Source: an uncultured bacterium (GTDB lineage Bacteria; Muiribacteriota; UBA9980). Taken from it: a stretch of DNA of 63,180 nt. A program made the translations under genes and the position numbers. Shown here piece after piece: positions 39,617 to 46,678 of the stretch. The notes below the pieces were generated by a model that did no database searches, was not told the origin of the DNA, and saw nothing but the letters and a program-made list of their open reading frames with translations. Numbering within the stretch: position 1 is the first letter of the stretch; each line of letters starts with the position of its first letter. The stretch covers positions 1 to 63,180 of the forward strand of contig CAZJFS010000006.1 in assembly GCA_964545075.1 (NCBI GenBank), written 5' to 3'.

Positions 39617-39686
39617 GAGAACGAAAAGCGAAGAACGAAGTAAAGAGTAAAGAGTTGAGAACGGCAAGTTGAGAGTGAAGAATTAA
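39617..39686 (+). repeat. Degenerate heptamer tandem repeat (~10 units)
   Basis: gagaacg aaaagcg aagaacg aagtaaa gagtaaa gagttga gaacggc aagttga gagtgaa gaattaa. Confidence 0.55.
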
Positions 39687-40924
39687 TGAAAGGAATGTTC
39701 ATGAAAATTTTTATTAAAGCTTTTATATTGATCGCGGTTTCGCTTTTCGTTTATTACCCGGACGCGCTATCCGGCGCCGAAAATAAGATGGGCGGCCCCT
39801 GGACGCAGGAGGCCTATTTCGAGAACATGGGCGCCTCGACCGCCGCCGAAGCCATGAAATATTTCGACCGCGCGCACGAACTTCGCATAAAAGATGAAAA
39901 AATATGGTTTAAGATAGGCTGCCTTCTCGAATCATTCGATAAAAACAACGAAGCGCGTTTCTGCTACGACAGGCTCATCGAAGAAGATATCGACGATGTC
40001 CGCGCCATGTTCATCCGCGCCTACAACCTGAACCGGAAATTCAAAGAGCACAAATGGTCTGATTTTTCGGATGCCGCTAAACCGTACCTCGCCCGCGCCA
40101 TAAAACGCGAGCTTTTAAATATCAAGGATACGGAAAGAAAAATGCGTGCGAGAAACCGTATCTCGGCAAAAACTTCGAACGAAACATATTACCAGAAACA
40201 TGAAAATTGCTCACCCGGAAACAGAAAACTGATTTATAAATACGACACCGGCGAAAACTTAATATCCGTTGAAGTTTTCGATCCCGTTGAAAAATTCGTT
40301 TCCAGAACCAGATATAGTTACGACGCGGACGGCTTCCCGGTCGAAGAAACATTGTCGGATCCCGACGATCGCGTTATAAGCCTTATGAAATACCAGCGCG
40401 GTTGCGATCAATTCCAGCTCCCGCAATATGAAGTATGCGTCGACGGCCAGGGCAAAACGCAGTGGAAGTCGGAATATATTTTCAAGATCCACGACCAGAT
40501 GGTCGAATTCTTCGAAAAACGCTACGACGCGGCCAAAAATCTTCTGGGCGAATATCAGTGCATGTACGATAACCTCGGATATCCAGTATACATTGCCATT
40601 ACGGACGATCAGGGCGTCGCCTCCATTTCCTACGACAAAAAATATCACCGCGTCGACAAGGTGATATTTTACAAGCATGACGGAATAATGGTCCGCCACG
40701 GCCATTTTTACGAATACGACGACTTCGGCAACGTCGTGAAAAAAGCGGTAAAAACGCCGGAAATAGACGTCGGAGCGCCGTTTAAGCACGAAATAGTCCA
40801 TAATATCGGCGAATATAAATACAGGTACGACCCTTATGGAAACCTTATCGAAGAAGTTTATTTCGACAAAAAAAGCGACGCCGTATATAAAAAAGAATTC
40901 ACTTACGAATATCATTTAAAATAG
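39686..40924 (+). CDS. Secreted protein with TPR-like N-terminus and YD-like repeats
   Basis: Signal peptide; YKYDTGEN, YSYDADGFPVEE, MYDNLGYP, YEYDDFGNVV, YRYDPYGNLIEE. Confidence 0.7.
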   Translation: MKGMFMKIFIKAFILIAVSLFVYYPDALSGAENKMGGPWTQEAYFENMGASTAAEAMKYFDRAHELRIKDEKIWFKIGCLLESFDKNNEARFCYDRLIEEDIDDVRAMFIRAYNLNRKFKEHKWSDFSDAAKPYLARAIKRELLNIKDTERKMRARNRISAKTSNETYYQKHENCSPGNRKLIYKYDTGENLISVEVFDPVEKFVSRTRYSYDADGFPVEETLSDPDDRVISLMKYQRGCDQFQLPQYEVCVDGQGKTQWKSEYIFKIHDQMVEFFEKRYDAAKNLLGEYQCMYDNLGYPVYIAITDDQGVASISYDKKYHRVDKVIFYKHDGIMVRHGHFYEYDDFGNVVKKAVKTPEIDVGAPFKHEIVHNIGEYKYRYDPYGNLIEEVYFDKKSDAVYKKEFTYEYHLK

Positions 40925-41212
40925 TCTTTATAAAGAAAATTTTCAGCCGCATATAAATATTGAACTAAAAAATCCAGAGTGCAACACGAAAGGTTCAATT
41001 GTTTAAAAAACAAACTTTTCTGTCGGATTTTTATACACGCCGGATTTTCGCGCGGAAACTTTTATTCGATTTTCTGAAACAACCTTTTCTACAGCGGTTT
41101 TTATAAAATTCCATCTCAAATATTTTCTTATTTTAAAAACATTTGAATACTACGCCGCACTTAATAATGCCGGTTTTTTTGTATAATTAAAAGGCGATTG
41201 TTCATAAAATTG

Positions 41213-41229
41213 TTGGCATATATCTTGCA
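41213..41229 (+). promoter_or_regulatory. sigma54 (-24/-12) promoter
   Basis: TTGGCATATATCTTGCA: GG at 41215-16, GC at 41227-28, exactly 10 nt apart. Confidence 0.75.
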
Positions 41230-41352
41230 TTAATAAATTTTGAATTTCCAAATCAGCATGCAGTACCAAATAATTTTTTATAGCAACAATTTTAAAATGC
41301 CGGTTCTCAATGAATAGTAAAATCCGACCGGCGCGATCACGGAGGAGATAGT

Positions 41353-41517
41353 ATGTTAAACATCAACCCTAAAAATGAAAAAAGCATAAAAACAAACGGT
41401 AACGAAAACCTTTTAACGGTAAAAGAAGCCGATTTCAAAAGTCAGGCCGGACGCGACGATAATTTTGACAGGATCGCAGCCGACATAAGAGCTTCTCTTG
41501 AAGCTTTCGTTTGTTGA
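41353..41517 (+). CDS. Small protein (54 aa) below ORF-track cutoff
   Basis: GGAGGAG RBS 5 nt upstream of ATG; MLNINPKNEKSIKTNGNENLLTVKEADFKSQAGRDDNFDRIAADIRASLEAFVC. Confidence 0.65.
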   Translation: MLNINPKNEKSIKTNGNENLLTVKEADFKSQAGRDDNFDRIAADIRASLEAFVC

Positions 41518-41603
41518 TTTAGTAGATAAACCTCTTTCTTAATAATAAATCAAAAATATAAACCCGGTAACATCTCAACTAAATAAAATTCAATATCATA
41601 AAT

Positions 41604-41654
41604 AAAAAATGGCAAAATTTATTCACTAACAGTGAGTTTTTCGCCATTTTTTTT
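41604..41654. terminator. Bidirectional intrinsic terminator
   Basis: AAAAAATGGC..actaacagt..GCCATTTTTT between convergent genes. Confidence 0.7.
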
Positions 41655-41760
41655 ATTTTAACAAATTAAATAAGCGGATAATAAAATCCGCCTCAAAATT
41701 AGCGCGATCAGTTTTCTTCGACCGATTAATTTTCAGGCGGATAAAGGTTGACTGGTTTTA

Positions 41761-42582
41761 TCAAGCTTGCGTATTCAAAAGAGAAGAGTATTGAGACTGT
41801 TGATTATACTGTGTAAACGAACTGCTTGCCTGCCGGTAAGCGTTCATAACCTGCTGAAGGAAGTTGTTTTTTATCTGTTCGCTGGCGGCATTGGTATTAT
41901 TGGCATCCGCCGTTTTTTCCTTATAATCGTCTATGCCGTTATTGTTTTTATCCAGATTTTCCAGATTGTCTGGGATGCCATTATTGTTTAAATCCTCGGA
42001 CTCTTCGCTTGTCGCGGTTCCGCCGCCCGATGCGCCGCCGCTCGGGGGAGGCCCTCCGGCTGGAGCCGTTCCGCCGGCCTGACTTGTTTTTGTTGATTCA
42101 AACGCCGCATTTTCATCTTTAGTTATCGATCCATCGCCATTCGTATCGATCTTAGCGAACATTTCGTCGGCATTCATGGAATTGCCGGTTTTTTTGTTCA
42201 TCTCGTCGGTAAAAGCGCTGAATTCGGTTTTATCGATAGTTCCGTCGCCGCTTGTATCGATCTTGCTGAAAATATCTTCGGGTCTGACGGCCGAGCTCTT
42301 ATACTCGCTCATCTTTTGAATCTTGGCTTTAAACGCCGCATCTTCATCCTGAGTGATTGAATTATCGCCATTTGCATCTATCGCTGAAAACAATTTTTCG
42401 GAATCAACCGTCTTGCCGGTTTTTTGAGATAATTTATCAGTGAATGACTTTAACTCGTCTTTACTGACTTCTCCGCTGCCATCAGTGTCGATCTTGGCAA
42501 ACTTTTTTTGATTTTGCTGCTGCAGCAGGGCCATTATATCGTAACCGCCGCCGCCGCTAACGCCGCTTATCATAAGCATCAC
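41761..42582 (-). CDS. Four-EF-hand calcium-binding protein
   Basis: DTDGSGEVSKDE, DANGDNSITQDE, DTSGDGTIDKTE, DTNGDGSITKDE; extra DxNNNG motifs. Confidence 0.9.
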   Translation of the reverse strand: MMLMISGVSGGGGYDIMALLQQQNQKKFAKIDTDGSGEVSKDELKSFTDKLSQKTGKTVDSEKLFSAIDANGDNSITQDEDAAFKAKIQKMSEYKSSAVRPEDIFSKIDTSGDGTIDKTEFSAFTDEMNKKTGNSMNADEMFAKIDTNGDGSITKDENAAFESTKTSQAGGTAPAGGPPPSGGASGGGTATSEESEDLNNNGIPDNLENLDKNNNGIDDYKEKTADANNTNAASEQIKNNFLQQVMNAYRQASSSFTQYNQQSQYSSLLNTQA

Positions 42583-42780
42583 CCCTTTCCTCTGGTTTTT
42601 TGCCGCTTAATACATATAGTTATAGCTTACATTATAGCATCGGAAAAAAACGAGGAAAGCCAAATATTTATTTAAACCTGTTTTCAGGCATTATCTGTTT
42701 TATTCGCTCTTTTTCTTTATTTTTTACCCCGAACGCACTGCTTTTAAAAAACAATTTAAAATATTTAATTAAAATTTAAA

Positions 42781-42816
42781 ATAAAAATCGTCCCTGCTAC
42801 GGAACGATTTTTATTT
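42781..42816 (-). terminator. Intrinsic terminator after the TctA-like gene
   Basis: ATAAAAATCGT..ACGATTTTTAT inverted repeat. Confidence 0.65.
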
Positions 42817-42855
42817 GTTACTCTTTTTGTTGAATATATCTTTTCACGTCAGGTT

Positions 42856-44202
42856 TTAATAAAAGCCGAAGAATCTGGCGACAGCCGGCCCGATACCCGC
42901 CATATTAAACGATATCGGAACCATAAGGACCGCGAGAAGGTTCAGGCGGCGCGAATGCCAAAAATTAGGAACCAGGCCGAGGGCCGTCGAAACGGCGAGC
43001 AATACAAGACCCTGCCAGCTGCATATCCAGGCGGTAAGGCCGACGAGTATAACGCAACCCGCCATGGAGAAATATTTATAATCGATGGCTTCCACGAGAT
43101 GGGCGCAAACCTTTGAGAACCAGCCCGAGAGAAGGAAGGATACCGCGCCCGTAAGAGCGATAACGCCCGATATCATATAAAACTGTTCGGCTGTTTCAGG
43201 AACGAAGAAAAGGCTTATGTTTATGGCCGCGCCGCCCCTTCTCATGAATACGCCGGGCATGAAGAACAATAAGAGCGCGCCGACGTAATAAATTATACGC
43301 CCCACGCCGCCGCCTATTAAAAACTGTCTTTCGCCGGATGTGACGGTGAGATGGCCGGTGAGTAAAAGCGCCGGGCCGGGTGTCATACCCGGGATAACGG
43401 CCGCGAACATTCCGGCGAGAAAACCCGAGGCGCCGCCGCGCATAACGTCGTGAGGAGCGCATTCGACTGATTCGCATATATGCTGTTTCGGGATGTTTAT
43501 CTTCGTTATGATCGTCATTATCTGCGACGGCACTGCGAAAAGTCCTACGAAAAGAGGCATAAGCGATTGAAATGAATTTTCGACCGGGATAATGGTGTTA
43601 AAGAACACGAACATACCGAGTATTCCGGAGATTATGAAAGTGAAATAGCCCATGGAAAGTTGAACCCAGCCATCCATAAACCTCTGCCAGCCGGTCTTTC
43701 CAACGCCGTGATCCTTGGGCCATTCGGTCATCAATATAAAAGCCATGACAAGTCCGACTATCCAGTAAACGTGAGGTTGAGTCAGCCTTCGTATAAGAGC
43801 GAAGACCGACGGAAAAATTGGAAACAGAAGCGTTATTATCATTATGGCTATAAGGCTTCCGAAAGCGCTTATCATTACCGCTTCGTGAGCGCGGCCTTCC
43901 AGCAGGAAGCGCTCATGCGGGAGCATTATACTTCTGAAGCTGTCGTCATTAGGCTGCATATATTGTGAAGAAATCGTGAAAAGCATCGAAAAGCTAACGA
44001 CCATGCCTATCATGAAGCTGGTCAGAACGAGCGGATGAAGCGTGGCGAAAAGATCGGCCGCTGTAAAGGAGAACAACATCGTTATCGCTATTACGTTATA
44101 TATGTGAAGCCCGGGAATGAGCGAAGCTAAAAGCGAAATTAAAACTCCGACAAGGGCCGCTATGGATGAATATATTATTAAACTTAATTCCATTTCTCTC
44201 AA
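42856..44202 (-). CDS. TctA/DUF112-family multi-pass permease (short, archaeal-like type)
   Basis: LIPGLHIYN, LPHERFLLEGRAHEAV..SAFGS, PLFVGLFAVP, AVIPGMTP; about 12 TM segments. Confidence 0.75.
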   Translation of the reverse strand: MREMELSLIIYSSIAALVGVLISLLASLIPGLHIYNVIAITMLFSFTAADLFATLHPLVLTSFMIGMVVSFSMLFTISSQYMQPNDDSFRSIMLPHERFLLEGRAHEAVMISAFGSLIAIMIITLLFPIFPSVFALIRRLTQPHVYWIVGLVMAFILMTEWPKDHGVGKTGWQRFMDGWVQLSMGYFTFIISGILGMFVFFNTIIPVENSFQSLMPLFVGLFAVPSQIMTIITKINIPKQHICESVECAPHDVMRGGASGFLAGMFAAVIPGMTPGPALLLTGHLTVTSGERQFLIGGGVGRIIYYVGALLLFFMPGVFMRRGGAAINISLFFVPETAEQFYMISGVIALTGAVSFLLSGWFSKVCAHLVEAIDYKYFSMAGCVILVGLTAWICSWQGLVLLAVSTALGLVPNFWHSRRLNLLAVLMVPISFNMAGIGPAVARFFGFY

Positions 44203-44209
44203 TTCCTCC

Positions 44210-45091
44210 TTATTTAATGATTACTACGGCGTTCGGATCGTCTTCCGAGACCTTGATCTCCCAGCGTTCGCCGCGGTCGTAATACAGAAAGCGCCCGCTT
44301 ATGGACACGTTCTGGTTATCCGAAAAAGCCTGCGGGTCGGCTCCGAATATCATGAGAGTTCTCTGCTGGCCAGGATCCGCAGCCTCCATAATGAATTTCT
44401 TGGCCCTTTTAAGTATAACGGCTTTTTTAACCGAAACGACTTTTTCCTTATATTTATCGGGGTTATCGAGTAATTCGGTTATCGTCGCTTCGACCGCGGC
44501 GTCTTCCGAAGATCTTCCGACGACCTTCAAAAATTCCGCGCCGGCGAGACTTAAAGTCCTATAACCTTTTCCGGCGTAAAGCGACGCCGATGCCTCGACT
44601 ATGTCGCCTACCTTTGGAACGATATTTTTATTTTTCATCTCGGCCGCGATCTCGCCTTCCGCTTTAAGTTTTATAACCGAATCGCCTTCTTCGCTTTCTT
44701 TTTCGGACTTATCCATAAGTTCGAACTGAAGCGTGGGGCGTTTTTTATATTTATCGTTGAATTCGCTTACGCGCTTGACCTGCGCTAAAACCCTCACATG
44801 TTGGAAGTTTTTGGTTTCATTAAGCGACGAGATTATATCGTATTGAGGTTTATACGCCGCAGCTATCGCGAAATACATTAAAGCCGCCAGAAAAAGTACG
44901 ATCGTCGACATATTTATACTTTTAACGCGGATGCGCTCATCGACTGACGTAAGAGTGCTGCAGTATGTGCAACGCTTTATCATTCCTATCTGGCGTCCAC
45001 AGCTGGGGCAGAATCCGGGGTTGGCCATTTTCAGACTGTCTTCGGCGATAGTTTCAAAATAATTTTTATCTAAGCTCTTTTTATCTTCCAA
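44210..45091 (-). CDS. Zn-ribbon + TM + two OB-fold domains
   Basis: CPSCG..CTYC; TM; HVRVLAQVKRV..FELMD..PKVGDIVEASASL; second OB NVSISGRFLYY. Confidence 0.7.
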   Translation of the reverse strand: MEDKKSLDKNYFETIAEDSLKMANPGFCPSCGRQIGMIKRCTYCSTLTSVDERIRVKSINMSTIVLFLAALMYFAIAAAYKPQYDIISSLNETKNFQHVRVLAQVKRVSEFNDKYKKRPTLQFELMDKSEKESEEGDSVIKLKAEGEIAAEMKNKNIVPKVGDIVEASASLYAGKGYRTLSLAGAEFLKVVGRSSEDAAVEATITELLDNPDKYKEKVVSVKKAVILKRAKKFIMEAADPGQQRTLMIFGADPQAFSDNQNVSISGRFLYYDRGERWEIKVSEDDPNAVVIIK

Positions 45092-45109
45092 TTTATTTCA
45101 ACCCCTTCG

Positions 45110-45997
45110 TTAAATATTGTCGGTTTTGACGGTGGCTTCGTCCGTCTTGACTATGGCCTGAGTTTCAGGGATAACGATGACGGGGAACGCGCTTCCCTTT
45201 TTGCCGCGCCAGTCGACCGCTCCGGTTATGGTAACCAGATCTCCTGCTTTAGGACGTTCCTTCCATTCTTCGGGGTTTTCCTTAACGAGTTTATTTATTT
45301 GAAGCACGCTTAAAGGTATCGACGCCGTGACGGTTCCCGAAGCCATGTCGTCTATCGTTATATTCGTCTCGTACCTGCCGTCGGAAACATCGGATATGCG
45401 GCCTGAAACTTTAACGCGTTCGCCTTTTTTCAAATTCTCAGGCGTCTGGTTCGTGAAATTTTTCAAAGGCGTCGCCTTGGCCGGGACCGTTCTTTCGATA
45501 TCTATTCCATAGGCGGAACCCAGTATGAGCATTCCGCCCTTTCCTTTGTGCTGAAAACTGGCTCTGAGTTTGATTTTATCGCCAAGACAGGGGATCTTTT
45601 TAGAGTCTACGAGTTCGCGCGTGGCGTCGTCATAACAACGCACGAGCATAAGGGCGGAGTTGTCGTCGATCTCAAATTCCATCGAACCGCCGCTTTCTTC
45701 GCCCTTATCCGTCGCGGCATAATATTTAACGGGGCCGTTTACGGCGGCTTTTACGGTTATCTGAGCGAAATTGCTTCTCCTGGAAAGCGAATCAAGCTTT
45801 ACCTCCGGATTTCCATAGTGAACGCCTATATATTGAAGCACGAAAAGCCCCAACACGGCGACAACCGGAGACAGATATTTCAACAGCCGGACCGAGGTCC
45901 TTTTAGGGTTGAACGTTCTGCAAAAATGGCAAACTTCGCAGGCTCCGATGTAGCGGCCGCAGCTTTTGCAGTGCGTTTCAATAAAATTCTGGGGCAT
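45110..45997 (-). CDS. Zn-ribbon + TM + two OB-fold domains (paralog of neighbour)
   Basis: CKSCG..CHFC; TM; QITVKAAV..FEIDD..GDKIKLRA; GERVKVSGRI..PKAGDLVTITGAV. Possible ATT start at 46030. Confidence 0.72.
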   Translation of the reverse strand: MPQNFIETHCKSCGRYIGACEVCHFCRTFNPKRTSVRLLKYLSPVVAVLGLFVLQYIGVHYGNPEVKLDSLSRRSNFAQITVKAAVNGPVKYYAATDKGEESGGSMEFEIDDNSALMLVRCYDDATRELVDSKKIPCLGDKIKLRASFQHKGKGGMLILGSAYGIDIERTVPAKATPLKNFTNQTPENLKKGERVKVSGRISDVSDGRYETNITIDDMASGTVTASIPLSVLQINKLVKENPEEWKERPKAGDLVTITGAVDWRGKKGSAFPVIVIPETQAIVKTDEATVKTDNI

Positions 45998-46145
45998 GAT
46001 GACCTGTTCGATTTCAGGTTTTAGTTTAATGGCGGGCCTCCTGATTCTTTATGTAATAAATATTATTATCTTATAATTCAGGCAGTAACATGGCGGGCGG
46101 GAAATAAAACATGAAATATGAGCGTTTGTTAGTTTTTTGCTAATG

Positions 46146-46174
46146 ATTATATCAAAAATGTTAATGAGTGTCAA
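46146..46174 (-). promoter_or_regulatory. Consensus sigma70 promoter of the OB-fold/TctA operon
   Basis: Minus strand TTGACA-17-TATAAT with TG extension. Confidence 0.8.
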
Positions 46175-46203
46175 TTTGATAAGTAATGATTATATAAAAA
46201 TTC

Positions 46204-46232
46204 TTTACATAATTGATTTTATATGATATAAT
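46204..46232 (+). promoter_or_regulatory. sigma70 promoter of the tRNA gene
   Basis: TTTACA-17-TATAAT with TG extension, 16 nt upstream of the tRNA. Confidence 0.75.
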
Positions 46233-46248
46233 TAACAAGTCAACAAAA

Positions 46249-46332
46249 GTCGGAGTGGCGGAATTGGCAGACGCGCTAGATTCAGGTTCTAGTGGCCTTG
46301 TGCTCGTGCGGGTTCAAGTCCCGCCTTCGACA
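46249..46332 (+). tRNA. tRNA-Leu (anticodon CAG), CCA not encoded
   Basis: Acceptor GTCGGAG/CTTCGAC, D-loop TGGCGGAATTGGCAGAC, anticodon arm CTAGA-TTCAGGT-TCTAG, long variable arm, GGTTCAAGTCC. Confidence 0.97.
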
Positions 46333-46338
46333 TTACGG

Positions 46339-46367
46339 AAAAGCTCCTCGCAAGAGGGGTTTTTTTG
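46339..46367 (+). terminator. Intrinsic terminator after tRNA
   Basis: AAAAGCTCCTC-GCAA-GAGGGGTTTTTTT. Confidence 0.85.
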
Positions 46368-46414
46368 TTTTTCATCGCATATTTTTTTAGCGATAAGCAG
46401 ATATTGTTGAGCGT

Positions 46415-46543
46415 GTATCTCGGAATATAAAATGTGACGCCATTGGAATTTTTCACGGGATCGCCAAAAGTTTTATTCTCAACGACAAGCTTTTCGGGGC
46501 CTGAAACTATAGACCCGATAACTTCATTAGCCGCCTTGTTGAT
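46415..46543 (-). pseudogene. Fragment of a clostripain (C11) paralog, no start codon
   Basis: INKAANEVIGSIVSGPEKLVVENKTFGDPVKNSNGVTFYIPRY aligns ungapped with INNAAREVIETLVSSPAKIVIANANTGKIEENAAGMSIYFPRN of the 58452 ORF (19/43 identities by eye). Confidence 0.75.
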
Positions 46544-46571
46544 TAAATTATAGCTTAACCAATAAAAATAA

Positions 46572-46603
46572 AAAAACCTCGCGAAAGCTGGGGTTTTTGT
46601 TTT
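46572..46603 (+). terminator. Intrinsic terminator immediately preceding the intron remnant
   Basis: AAAAACCTC-GCGAAAGCT-GGGGTTTTT-GTTTT. Confidence 0.75.
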
Positions 46604-46604
46604 A

Positions 46605-46660
46605 GTGCGCCCGGCACGGACGATAACTTGAGGATAAAAATCCGCTATGGGGTGAACTTT
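46605..46660 (+). mobile_element. 5' remnant of a group IIC intron
   Basis: Begins GTGCGCCCGGCACGG (IIC 5' end consensus GUGYGCCCGGCAUGG), contains GGAT-AAAA-ATCC hairpin, and sits directly 3' of a terminator. Confidence 0.75.
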
Positions 46661-46678
46661 TAAAAGTTTAAGGCGTTT

